NCBI GenBank assembly: GCA_049516875.1
Contig: JBEKSS010000002.1
Coordinates: forward strand, 32,001 to 96,000
Reading direction: 5' to 3'
Length of the DNA stretch: 64,000 nt
Source of the DNA: Candidatus Bathyarchaeia archaeon
GTDB taxonomy: Archaea; Thermoproteota; Bathyarchaeia; Bathyarchaeales; Bathycorpusculaceae
Shown here: positions 1 to 9,413 of the stretch, piece after piece
Layout of the letters: the number at the start of each line of letters is the position of its first letter
Position numbering within the stretch: position 1 is the stretch's first letter
Position numbers and translations under genes: made by a program
Notes under the pieces: generated by a model
Told to the model about the DNA's origin: nothing
What the model saw: the letters and a program-made list of their open reading frames with translations, nothing else
The model's database searches: none

Positions 1-352
1 ATTTTTTTGTGCACTCCATCGGCAGTTCCACATTTTCCCCGGCGTTTAGGTATGGCAAAAGGTTAAAAGTCTGGAAGATGAACCCAATCTTGTTCCTTCT
101 TATCTTGTAGAGCTCCTTTTCGGGCAATCTTGAAACGTCAAGCCCGTCCAGAATCACTTTTCCACCAGTCGGTTTGTCAAGACAGCCCAGGACATTCAGT
201 AGAGTTGTCTTGCCAGAACCAGAAGGACCCATAATTGCGACAAACTCGCCCTTGTTCACCTGAAGATTCAGATCGGATAGGGCTCGGACCTGGCGTTTGC
301 CCATAGCATACGTCTTGGAAACGTTCTCTGCTTTCAGAACAACCTCACTCAT
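1..352 (-). CDS. ABC transporter ATP-binding protein (LolD/MacB family), truncated by the window edge
   Basis: Manual translation from ATG at 352: MSEVVLKAENVSKTYAMGK...GEFVAIMGPSGSGKTTLLN (Walker A)...IGFIFQTFNLL; overlaps the permease stop. Confidence 0.93.
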   Translation of the reverse strand, partial: MSEVVLKAENVSKTYAMGKRQVRALSDLNLQVNKGEFVAIMGPSGSGKTTLLNVLGCLDKPTGGKVILDGLDVSRLPEKELYKIRRNKIGFIFQTFNLLPYLNAGENVELPMECTKK

Positions 353-1790
353 ACCTCATTGCCTCCGCAGGCCTCGTTCTTGAAGCTCTCCAAGCCGGGT
401 ACAGACTGCCCACGGCCCCAAGCAACGCAGCCGCACCAATCCCAAGCAGCATGATCTGCGGGCTTATGGAAGCTGAAGCACTTATTGATCCAGAAATCCC
501 TGCATTCGTGCCGGTGGTTGGGAAGCTTCCTCCGAAAGCACCTCCCTGGGTACTTGAGCCAAACAGGTTTATATGAGGGAGTAGGAGGCCAGATAGGATG
601 GGTGCTCCCACGGTTCCTATTGCAATGCCAACCACGCCTGCCACCAAGCTCAGCAGTACTCCTTCGAGCATAAACTGACTCATAACGTTCCAGCTGCTGA
701 AGCCTATCGCTTTGAGTGTTCCTATCTCCTTCGTCCTTTCTCGCACTGTGTACAGCATCACGAACAGGACGATGAGACTTGTTGCAGCGAGTGCCACGAT
801 GATCTCTTGGGTTGCAACCGATTGGGTCTGGGCCACGGTTGATTCGGCGTTGTTCAGAAGCTCGGTGTATCTTGTTTGTTGGCTCTGAAGGTTTGCCAAG
901 CGATCCGCGTATGTTTGGACAGAAATCTCACGTGTATTGATCTCAGTTGAATACATTGTCTGTATCTGCGTGTTTATTGTGTCCACACTGGAGACATCCT
1001 CTGCATACACGTCAAGCCTGCTCACGTTTCCTATTTCATTCGTAATCGTTTGAGCATCAGTCAGATTCATGTACACTCCCCTCGTCTCCATAGAGTTTTG
1101 ACCCGTCTGGTCATAGATTCCTATCACCGTGAAGGATGTGCCATTAACCTCCACTTCGCTGCCCACTCCAACTCCGTAGTACTCTGTGAGGTTAAGACTC
1201 ATGAGAAGAACGCCACTATCCCCTTCGCGCAGATTTCTGCCTGCTGTTATGTTTGTGGGCAGTACAGAGTATTCGTTGATGAACGAGGAATTCAGACAGA
1301 CACCCGTAATCGTGTAGAGCGGTCTGGACATGGGAAAATCTCCCATCGGTGTAGTTATGGTCTCCTGGGTGGTCTCCGAGGATGATTTCACCAGGAACGG
1401 AACAACGTCCTTGACACCAACAATGGAACTAATGTTGCCAACAACGGATTCATTCATATAGAATTCTTCTCGTCTAAACGAGAAGCTGGATCGGTCCATG
1501 CCTGATGGAGGACTAGACATATTTGACGGCGGACCGGAAAACATGCCTCCACTCGACGTTGAGCATTCTATCAGCGTAGTAGACTGGTTGATTTGCGCTT
1601 CGGTCTCGGTGATGGTGCTATTGAAATTCTGTGTCATGCTCTGCGTGGATTCTTGGTTTGCAACCAGACCGGCTGGAATAGATATCATTATTGCGAAGGA
1701 AAAACTCAAGGCAACGATTACTAACAATGCCCTTATCTTCCTTCTTGAAATGTTCCTTATTGCTCTTGTCAAGGCACCCAAACTTATCAC
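345..1790 (-). CDS. ABC transporter permease (MacB/FtsX family)
   Basis: N-terminal TM, large extracellular domain, ERTKEIGTLKAIG motif, C-terminal YPAWRASRTRPAEAMRYE; likely start GTG 1790 (ORF track starts at 1826). Confidence 0.9.
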   Translation of the reverse strand: MISLGALTRAIRNISRRKIRALLVIVALSFSFAIMISIPAGLVANQESTQSMTQNFNSTITETEAQINQSTTLIECSTSSGGMFSGPPSNMSSPPSGMDRSSFSFRREEFYMNESVVGNISSIVGVKDVVPFLVKSSSETTQETITTPMGDFPMSRPLYTITGVCLNSSFINEYSVLPTNITAGRNLREGDSGVLLMSLNLTEYYGVGVGSEVEVNGTSFTVIGIYDQTGQNSMETRGVYMNLTDAQTITNEIGNVSRLDVYAEDVSSVDTINTQIQTMYSTEINTREISVQTYADRLANLQSQQTRYTELLNNAESTVAQTQSVATQEIIVALAATSLIVLFVMLYTVRERTKEIGTLKAIGFSSWNVMSQFMLEGVLLSLVAGVVGIAIGTVGAPILSGLLLPHINLFGSSTQGGAFGGSFPTTGTNAGISGSISASASISPQIMLLGIGAAALLGAVGSLYPAWRASRTRPAEAMRYE

Positions 1791-1943
1791 TGTTCCAACT
1801 GTTCCATGTTTAATTCGATGAAGCAAGGAGGGTCAGCAATGAACCCAGATATTCTGTTATGTCGTCCGTGGCCCAGGTCCTTCACGTCTTTCACTGCTGC
1901 CATCTCCATGTCTAGTGACAATTCATCTTGAAAGAGCAGAGTG

Positions 1944-1987
1944 TTATTAAACTGTTTTTCAGAATTACACCAGATTCTTTTCCTAAT
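1944..1987 (-). promoter_or_regulatory. Promoter (BRE/TATA TTTAATAA) with upstream palindromic operator AGAAT-N8-ATTCT, copy 1
   Basis: Near-identical ~44 bp segment recurs at 3586-3629; palindrome at 1961-1978 lies just upstream of GAAAAACAG-TTTAATAA on the minus strand. Confidence 0.6.
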
Positions 1988-2121
1988 TCAACGTCCTGCC
2001 TCATCGTCGACGAATGGATACACGCGCCGTTCTGTTCGTGAAAAGACTCATGTACACGGTCTGGCCTGCGGATGTGAGGCGCACAAACTCATTCCAAGGC
2101 GACTGCCAACCTTAGAAGCAT

Positions 2122-2934
2122 CTAGGGCTTTCCTAGTCCATTATTAAGCTTTGATTTGTTGCGCAGTCGGATGATGATAGGAACAAGCTTTTCCGCCAGA
2201 AGGAAGGCGCACGTGCCGTAGATGATTCCGCCTATTATGTCTACGACGTAGTGCTCTCCGAGATAGACGGCACTGAACCAGACGCCTGCAGGAAACAAGA
2301 GTATCGGCAACGCGCGTGTTTTCTTGATTTTCAGTGCGTAGAGTGAAATCAGCCATGGATACATCGCGTGAAGACTCGGAAACGCTGCAAACGGATTGGA
2401 TTGAATGAAATCGAAAATGGTGCGATAGAAGGGCACGCCTAGATCTTTGTCCACTTGAAACAGGATTCGTGTGGCACCTACTCCAAACCATGGAGGCGCA
2501 ACCGGATAAACAAGAAACGTTATCAAGGCGCTGTAGGTGCCGATTGCGAAGGCGAGAACGTATCCCCGATAGTTTTTCGGGCTATACTTCCACAATACGA
2601 AGGCAAAAACCGTTGGAGCTATAAAATGCAGAGAATAAAAAAAGGCTCCAAGATAGTCCAAAAACGGGGTTCTGTAAAGCTGTTGAAGCACAAGGGTCGG
2701 GATCGAACCGAACAGCTGCAACTCCGCAGTCATAGGCTGTTCAACATGCACAAGCCTTGGCAAGCTTCCAACTATCCCGAACATGGCTTCAAAAGACAAG
2801 AAAGTCGAAATGAGCGGAGCCCAATCCTTTACGAAACGGTGGCTTCCTTTGTTGTACGCAGCATATATGAAGAAAACCAAAACTATGAATTCAGGTCCTG
2901 GAAGCACGCCGTATACCAAGCAGAAGACACCCAA
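2122..2934 (-). CDS. PAP2-family (Aur1/IPC synthase-like) membrane phosphatase/phosphotransferase
   Basis: YPVAPPW, AAFPSLH and LGEHYVVD motifs; several TM segments. Confidence 0.85.
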   Translation of the reverse strand: MGVFCLVYGVLPGPEFIVLVFFIYAAYNKGSHRFVKDWAPLISTFLSFEAMFGIVGSLPRLVHVEQPMTAELQLFGSIPTLVLQQLYRTPFLDYLGAFFYSLHFIAPTVFAFVLWKYSPKNYRGYVLAFAIGTYSALITFLVYPVAPPWFGVGATRILFQVDKDLGVPFYRTIFDFIQSNPFAAFPSLHAMYPWLISLYALKIKKTRALPILLFPAGVWFSAVYLGEHYVVDIIGGIIYGTCAFLLAEKLVPIIIRLRNKSKLNNGLGKP

Positions 2935-3128
2935 TATCGCTACATAGATACCGGGGAAGGCAACCCCTAAAAGGCGTGAATAACGGTAATCAAGCTTCGG
3001 GCTTGGTATTAACGCTTTTTTGTCTTCCGTAGCATTCCCCGTTCTCAGTCAGCGCTAGTTGATAATATAGATTGCGATTGGAATTTTTTCTTCCCGCATC
3101 CACGTGTACGCCTTACAATTCGAATGCC

Positions 3129-3557
3129 CTAGAAACACATTTCGTCTGGACTCTGACGCGAGTTAGAGTCTTCTATTGCGTAGAGTCTAAGGATTGATGG
3201 GAAATCCTTGGCAGAGTGTAGGAAAATGATGATTTTGAATATGCGGACCGTGCCTTGCACAGCCCTTGCAACTTCTGTGCAGGCCGTTTGGACAGCACGT
3301 TTTGCGCAGTCCCCAGGGTGGGGATGATAGGTTGTGACTTTGTTCATTATCGTCGCCGCTGACAACGACGTTGAAATCCTGTCCTTATCCATTTTCACCA
3401 TTTCCTCGGCTGCTTTGTCTATTCTCTTTTGGTGCTCGGTTAAGGTCCAGAAAAGCTGAATGGAGAAAGGAGAGAGGCAAGAAAGATATTCTTCAGCTTT
3501 TCTGGGCCTTTGCGAGCCCCTTTTTTGAGGAATAGGGCCTTGCAGACTTTTTCTCAA
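3129..3557 (-). other. Possible hypothetical or degraded ORF downstream of the duplicated promoter
   Basis: Open frame with no recognisable motif; GGTGA SD-like signal before an internal ATG near 3392. Confidence 0.25.
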
Positions 3558-3585
3558 CCTCCGACTGGCAAAGGAGATGCCCTCA

Positions 3586-3629
3586 TTATTAAACTGTTTT
3601 TCAGAATTGGACCATATTCTATTCCTAAT
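3586..3629 (-). promoter_or_regulatory. Promoter with AGAAT-N8-ATTCT operator, copy 2
   Basis: ttattaaactgtttttcagaatt..acca.attct.ttcctaat shared with 1944-1987; palindrome at 3603-3620; divergent from the ArsR gene. Confidence 0.6.
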
Positions 3630-3739
3630 CCAGTTCTAGGCTGCCGTCAGATCTTGGGGTGAAAGATTGAACGACATGTTTATTATTCTAGTTCAAATAG
3701 GTCTAACGAAAGACTCTTCAAGCTTGCGGAGCGGTACGA

Positions 3740-4042
3740 ATGTCCACTAATGTGCGCCCTTTCAAGTATCTGCTCGGGTGGCTAATTGCAGGCACGAGAG
3801 GTGGTGTGAGCCGCGCCAAAATAATCCAAGCCCTAAATGCAACTCCGCAGAATGCAAATCAGTTAGCGACCCTGCTTGGAATGGATTATAGGACAATAAG
3901 GCACCATCTTGACGTGCTTATGAAAAACAGAATAATCACGTCTGCAGGAGAAGGGTACGGTATAACATATTTCTTGTCTCCGGCAATGGAAGAGAACTAT
4001 GCTCTATTCGAGGAGATTCTGAATAAAATCTGGAAAAAGTAG
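3740..4042 (+). CDS. ArsR-like winged-helix transcriptional regulator
   Basis: GTRGGVSRAKII...NANQLATLLGMDYRTIRHHLDVL HTH pattern. Confidence 0.88.
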   Translation: MSTNVRPFKYLLGWLIAGTRGGVSRAKIIQALNATPQNANQLATLLGMDYRTIRHHLDVLMKNRIITSAGEGYGITYFLSPAMEENYALFEEILNKIWKK

Positions 4043-4059
4043 AAAAGGGAGGAATGTAG

Positions 4060-4518
4060 ATGAAGAATCGTATGAATACGAACCTGAGAAATCTGTTAAT
4101 ACTGGCAACGGTGATAGCGGTGGCTATCATAGCAACACTTTGGGCTACATCCACCTCCTGGTTTCCACCATATCCATTTCGGCCTCGCTTTGAGGAGCCG
4201 CGACCTCCCCTTGAGAACATTCGTGGAGACATAGAGCTTTTCTATACGGTAGAAACAGTTGTTTCTACGATCAATGTGACGCTTTCGACCATCCTGTTGC
4301 TCATGTATGTCAGCATATACCGAAAGACGCGATCGGAGTTCACAATAGGGTTGATAATATTTTCGGCAGTCCTTCTTCTGCATGCTTTTGTCTCCATTCC
4401 TTTATTACACCTAGCTTTTGGTTTCTATCCGATCGGTCTCGGCCCGTTTGCAATGTTGCCAGACCTGTTCACATGCCTTGCACTGGGAGTTCTGCTGTAT
4501 CTCACCTTCAAATACTAG
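4060..4518 (+). CDS. Membrane protein (about 4 TM), coupled to the ArsR gene
   Basis: Hydrophobic helices; GGAGG SD upstream; 17 bp after the regulator. Confidence 0.75.
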   Translation: MKNRMNTNLRNLLILATVIAVAIIATLWATSTSWFPPYPFRPRFEEPRPPLENIRGDIELFYTVETVVSTINVTLSTILLLMYVSIYRKTRSEFTIGLIIFSAVLLLHAFVSIPLLHLAFGFYPIGLGPFAMLPDLFTCLALGVLLYLTFKY

Positions 4519-4692
4519 AATACGCCAGAAAGAACATGCGGCCGCGATCAACACCTCTTCTAATAGCAAAAGACATCTAGTGTGCATTTCTTGCGCTAAT
4601 GATCCATGCATTCTTTTCTTCGTTGGGATCATGGGACGCGAGAGTGATTATCAAGACACACTACTCGGGAGAGAATTAGCATCCACAGTTTT

Positions 4693-5280
4693 TTAAGAAA
4701 GATGTTGGTTGATGAGTTTGGCCAAATCTATGACTTCGAGACTGTGTCCACAGTTAGGGCAGATTTTGAACACTTCCTCCGATTCTGCTCCAACTTTCAA
4801 GGGAGTTCCGCAATGGCAGCAGTGGTAAGTCAGTGTTTGTCCTCTGTCAGCTAGCTGTCTGATGAGACTGTTTACATCAACATGTAAGACAGTTATCTCT
4901 TTTTCTTTTCGTCTGAGCTGCCCTGCTTTTTCAAGCATCCCGAGTTTTTCGCACTCTTGAGCAGCTTCCTCATAGCGTCCGGCTTTTTCGAGATTCTCAA
5001 CAGTTTTTTCTTTGCTCTCAATCTCTTCGTCTGTGTAGTGAGAGCATTTTTCTGCTTGGACAAAATAGTCTCCATATCCAATTGAGATTGGTTTCAGTTT
5101 GCTTCCAGTTAGCTCGCACGATTCCTTATCAAAGTGCCTGCAGTCAACGCAGTTTTTCTTTTTGTCGTATTCCTCTCTAATTCTCCCGTAGCAATCTGCA
5201 CATAATATCTTCTGCTTCCCTTCTAGCGTCAAGCTCAATCCAGAGCCTGAAAACCGCTTTCCGCATTCATCGCACTGCAT
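4693..5280 (-). CDS. Multi zinc-finger hypothetical protein
   Basis: CxxC pairs CDEC/CADC, CVDC, CCHC/CPNC plus a TPR-like helical segment (AGRYEEAAQECEKLG). Confidence 0.75.
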   Translation of the reverse strand: MQCDECGKRFSGSGLSLTLEGKQKILCADCYGRIREEYDKKKNCVDCRHFDKESCELTGSKLKPISIGYGDYFVQAEKCSHYTDEEIESKEKTVENLEKAGRYEEAAQECEKLGMLEKAGQLRRKEKEITVLHVDVNSLIRQLADRGQTLTYHCCHCGTPLKVGAESEEVFKICPNCGHSLEVIDLAKLINQHLS

Positions 5281-5451
5281 GTTATGTCTTTGTTACTCTA
5301 GCATGGTCTTCTTTATTTGTCTTACATTGGTTCACGCCGATTTGTTGCTTGTAAGCTGGTCCACTGTTAAATGCTTGTGTCCATGAGCGAGTGTACGCTT
5401 AAATATCTGTCAAATGATAGAAGAAACCAAGGACGTTTCTAGGTAGGTCTT

Positions 5452-5502
5452 GTGCCCTACTGTCCAAAGTGCGGCGAAGAAGTATTTGTTTTGAGACGAT
5501 AA
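5452..5502 (+). pseudogene. 16-codon remnant of a zinc-ribbon protein N-terminus (MPYCPKCGEEVFVLRR)
   Basis: GTG start after AGGTAGGT SD-like signal and CTTAAATA TATA-like box near 5398; typical MPYCPKCG start but no second CxxC. Confidence 0.45.
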
Positions 5503-5515
5503 CCTTTTCAGCACA

Positions 5516-8500
5516 CTATTCGTGGTTGTTGAAGTAGTGGATGGCTACGGCTATGTCTTTCATGTTGCAGACGCCGTCGTTGTTCACGTCAGCATTGGGC
5601 TTCCAGTTCGGCGAGTTCGGCTTAGTGTTAAACAGTGCAATCATGTAGGCGACGTCCTTCATGTTGGCCACGCCATCATAAACGCCTGGCACTGTGCTGG
5701 AAACGTCGCCTGGAACACCCACGTGAACTGGGATCGTGCAAGTGCGATTATTGTTTGCCGTGTTTGTTTCGCCTGAAACTGGGGGTACGTAGGCACTCAG
5801 AGTGTGGTTGCCATAGGCAAAGCCGGTGGTATCCCACAGGAAGATTATCACTACTGCATTTGCAGCTGTGAGGGATGTTGCCGTTTGCGCTATAAGGGTT
5901 GAGTCTGCAAAGACTGATAGGTTGAAGTTTTCGTCAAATGTTCCGTAGTTTGCGATGGCTACGCTTACGTTCATGCAGTAGCCCTGTCCAGCGACAGTTT
6001 TGAGAGGCGTGATATCCGTGACTGCCACGTCGTGACCGGGTGTGTAGAAGCTCATAAGCGGGTAATTGTCTATGTTATTCATGTCAATTTGATAGGACGT
6101 GTCTCCTATTCCGTCGCTTCCCGTAACGTTTTGGCAGGGTCCCTTGTAGTGATCAGTTCCGGTGTAGTCGTCCCAGTAGTTACCGCCTGAGGGATAGCCT
6201 TTGTCCCACGTGTTGATCGATGGAAAAATCAGGCCAGGATCGGCGCAGTCCCACACGGCGTCGAAGACATGGACTAATTCGTTAGCAAATATGTTATCAT
6301 AGATAAGGTTGTTTGAAGACATGTAGAGGTAGATGCCGCTTCCAAGGGGACCGTTGTTCCCGGTTATTCTGCATCCCGTTACACTGTTATTGTCTGAGAA
6401 GGACAGTAGGCTTATGCCGTCATAATTGTTTGTAACGTTTGTTTCTACAACGTTGTTGTTTGAAGATTCTAAAAGAAATATGCCATGGATGTTGTTTGAC
6501 GTGTCGGTTCCCAGAATCGTGTTGTTTGAGCACTGTTGTAGATAGATGCCGTACAAGTGCGTTTCAACTGCTACATTCTTGATTGTTACGTTGCTTCTTC
6601 CAAGCAAGTATATTCCAGCTGCGCCTCCTCCGCTGCCTTGAACAGTATAGCCTGCCCCATCTAACATGATGTTGTTTCTTTCGATTACAATTCCTTCACT
6701 GTCACTGTAGATGTTGCCGCTTAATGTGTAGACATCTCCATTATGCTGTATTGGTGCTGTCGGCGGGTCAACACTTCCATCAGCTCTAATGTGAACAGGA
6801 AGCGCGTTCGTGCTGACGACAACTATTTGCCTGTCTTCTCCAACCAGACCGTTCACATCAAACACAGTCAGCTTAAGCGTGTAAGTGCCCTGCGCAACTC
6901 CAGTCGTGTTCCAAGTTGCTAGGGTTCCGTTGACAACCTCGCTCTTGCCGTTGTTCGCTAGGCTGATTCCAGTTGTCATCCAAGACGTTGGAGCTGTTCC
7001 CGAACCGAATGCTAAGGTGTAATTGCTGAAAGTCGCGCTAGGTGTCGTGCCCCGTTTTGCTATGCCCTGAAGGCCGACAAGTCCACCGAAGCGGGGTGGG
7101 GTCAGCAAGTCTGTCCTTGTTTTAAAATGGGCCGTCGGTGCGCTGATCGCTGTGACTATTTCAGTTTCGGGGTCTCCAAGCAAATTGAGGTCGAAGTAGG
7201 TCCACCTGTCGAGTATTGGTTCCTGTTCTTTTGAAAGTTGCAACGCCTTTCCCAAATTCCTGGTACCACTGTTCAGCACTGAGAAAAATGATCTGTCGTA
7301 TCGCTCTCCAGGCCCGTCAAGAGAGGCTGAACAGTACCAGCCGTATCTCGAGTTGCCTATATACGCGAAAGCGCCGTGCGCACTGAATAGGAAGTGCTCT
7401 GCGATGGCCTGCTGAGATCCACTTGTGGCTTCGTCAAATGCGGCCGAGTAGCAACCCATGCTGTAAACAAAAAAGTACTGCGTGTTGGTGAGGCTGTCAA
7501 CATCTGAAATTGACAGTCCCATTGCGCTCTGGTAATTCGAATGTCCATCGTGGTTTATTATATGCGTGCCGCTGTTCATTTCGTTGATTACCGCAGTGCG
7601 GCTGAATGTTCCGTCTCTTTGGTACAGTCTCGTAGTCGTGTATTGAGGTATGATGTCCGTGACGGTATCTTCTCCATTTCCGCCCTCGGTGATGTCGTCG
7701 AGTTTTGTGCCGATGACCAAGGCTTTCTTGAGATAGTCTGCTTGAGTTGATTGCTCGTAGGCGATTGTCTTGTTGACGAAGTTTGTTGCTTCCTGTGGAG
7801 TGTCAACGGGGGCTCTGCCAACGTACACTTCTGCGAAGAAGTCGGCCTCTTCGCCAGCTGTTCCGTTTTCAGGTCCAGGCCAGTGGTAGACGGCTTCTCC
7901 AAATATCGTGTCGTTATTCTTGTCCCAGCTTCCGTCCAAACTACCATAGTACATGTCGCTAGGAATGTTGTAGTCGGTCCAGCTGCCGTCATAGGCAGCA
8001 TAATCGTATATGCCTCTTGCAGGGATGATGTCGTCATCTCCGCCTAACAGCACGTATTGGGTTCCCCAGTTCAGATAGGCGTCTTTTATGAAGTTCCTGA
8101 CGTGGGCTTGGGTATCATTGAATTTCGGGCTACCGTTTCCGTCACCGAACTGGCCATCGGAATTGTATTTTGGGTTTTTCATGATGTCTTCAATTAACAC
8201 GATTGTTGCGTTCAGTCCCTTCTGGTTTTTCCAATCTACCAAGGGTTGAAATGAAGAGCGTAACGTGTTGTTAGTTATAACGACGTAATCGTAATGATTC
8301 AATGATCCCGCCAAAACCGTATACTGCATGCCTGTCGGGGTTTTGGTGTACGTTTTCGCCGCGTCAGGATTATCCACCATGCCTACAACCTGCGCTCTAT
8401 CTTGAGGCAGGTTTCTGAACAATGAGGATATCTCGCCTGTCTCTTCCAGAGCCACAGTGATGGTCATTGTTTCGAAATAGTACAGTTCACCCGTTCTTGG

Positions 8501-9049
8501 GACGTACTGAACTGGGTAGATTTTCAAAAGAAGTATCTTGTACCCCGTCAGATACTGTTCGGAAATGTCTGAATATAATGAACTTGGAAAAGGATTCGTG
8601 GAGCTGTAGATTGCTTCGTTTGGCTTGTCAACCGCAGTGACATTTGAAGAGATAGGCATGGGTGTTTTCCCGTACATCACATTGAATCTGCCCTGCAACA
8701 CTTCTCTATTGCCAGGCGTTACGTCAACGCGTTTTACGCCCTTTCCTTCCGGAATCAAAATCCTAATCTGCCTGAAGGGCAGAACAGGTTCTCCCGGAGC
8801 ACCATACTGAGGCAGCGTAGGCATCGTGACAGAACTACCAGAAACGTTTAGAGCAATCTCAGGTGCGAGAAAATCAAGTTTTAGCACGATCGAATTGGAT
8901 GATTCCGTTTGCGATCCAACGTTTGGAACCGCGGAAAAATAAACACTGGATGCGAAAACAAGCATGCTAGTCAAAAGAATCATCAGGGCCGTGCCCAGAA
9001 ATATCCTGCTTGACAGGGACGCTCCTCCATTAGAGCTACAGTGTTTCAA
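5516..9049 (-). CDS. Secreted C25 (gingipain-like) cysteine peptidase with propeptide, NosD-type beta-helix, CARDB and C-terminal dockerin
   Basis: Signal/TM; GEPVLP propeptide; YVLLGGD, VGRAP, NHDGH (His) and SMGC (Cys), NLLGDP; SNNN repeats and GGNYW; HDVAV CARDB; DVNNDGVCNMKD dockerin. Confidence 0.88.
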   Translation of the reverse strand: MKHCSSNGGASLSSRIFLGTALMILLTSMLVFASSVYFSAVPNVGSQTESSNSIVLKLDFLAPEIALNVSGSSVTMPTLPQYGAPGEPVLPFRQIRILIPEGKGVKRVDVTPGNREVLQGRFNVMYGKTPMPISSNVTAVDKPNEAIYSSTNPFPSSLYSDISEQYLTGYKILLLKIYPVQYVPRTGELYYFETMTITVALEETGEISSLFRNLPQDRAQVVGMVDNPDAAKTYTKTPTGMQYTVLAGSLNHYDYVVITNNTLRSSFQPLVDWKNQKGLNATIVLIEDIMKNPKYNSDGQFGDGNGSPKFNDTQAHVRNFIKDAYLNWGTQYVLLGGDDDIIPARGIYDYAAYDGSWTDYNIPSDMYYGSLDGSWDKNNDTIFGEAVYHWPGPENGTAGEEADFFAEVYVGRAPVDTPQEATNFVNKTIAYEQSTQADYLKKALVIGTKLDDITEGGNGEDTVTDIIPQYTTTRLYQRDGTFSRTAVINEMNSGTHIINHDGHSNYQSAMGLSISDVDSLTNTQYFFVYSMGCYSAAFDEATSGSQQAIAEHFLFSAHGAFAYIGNSRYGWYCSASLDGPGERYDRSFFSVLNSGTRNLGKALQLSKEQEPILDRWTYFDLNLLGDPETEIVTAISAPTAHFKTRTDLLTPPRFGGLVGLQGIAKRGTTPSATFSNYTLAFGSGTAPTSWMTTGISLANNGKSEVVNGTLATWNTTGVAQGTYTLKLTVFDVNGLVGEDRQIVVVSTNALPVHIRADGSVDPPTAPIQHNGDVYTLSGNIYSDSEGIVIERNNIMLDGAGYTVQGSGGGAAGIYLLGRSNVTIKNVAVETHLYGIYLQQCSNNTILGTDTSNNIHGIFLLESSNNNVVETNVTNNYDGISLLSFSDNNSVTGCRITGNNGPLGSGIYLYMSSNNLIYDNIFANELVHVFDAVWDCADPGLIFPSINTWDKGYPSGGNYWDDYTGTDHYKGPCQNVTGSDGIGDTSYQIDMNNIDNYPLMSFYTPGHDVAVTDITPLKTVAGQGYCMNVSVAIANYGTFDENFNLSVFADSTLIAQTATSLTAANAVVIIFLWDTTGFAYGNHTLSAYVPPVSGETNTANNNRTCTIPVHVGVPGDVSSTVPGVYDGVANMKDVAYMIALFNTKPNSPNWKPNADVNNDGVCNMKDIAVAIHYFNNHE

Positions 9050-9147
9050 CCCTTAAAAACAATTTGCCGCCAGGCCATTTAGGACGCGATCGCCTTCCTT
9101 GGGCAGTTTCTGCCTTGGTTCTGTTATCTTTGCATTGCTTGCCAGCT

Positions 9148-9310
9148 TCAAGTTGGGCTGAAGTGGCCGTCGTTGACGGTGGGAACTGTTGATTGCTCGG
9201 CTGAGTTCAAAAGAGTCGCGTCATACAGACGTAAGCAGCAATCTCCATCATCTTTTACGTGAAACTGTATAGTTGCTAGAATGGCGCTTCCATTGATCTC
9301 GCGCACGCGA
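9148..9310 (-). pseudogene. C-terminal fragment of a cohesin-like domain
   Basis: NGSAILATIQFHVKDDGDCCLRLYDATLLNS...VNDGHF resembles the C-terminal half of cohesin domains; no N-terminal half or signal peptide. Confidence 0.5.
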
Positions 9311-9413
9311 GGCGCTTTTCCAGTCAACAAAGCAAAGTCATTCGCGCACATCTCTATATTGGCAAGATTTTTACCGTCAGAAATCTATTGAGAGAAGGGA
9401 GAAAAGAAGCAAT

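Noticed and set aside
3570-3640. Fluoride riboswitch (GGAGATG...AAAC)
   Set aside because: The downstream GCTRATGAC-type pseudoknot segment is missing; better explained as the duplicated promoter/operator
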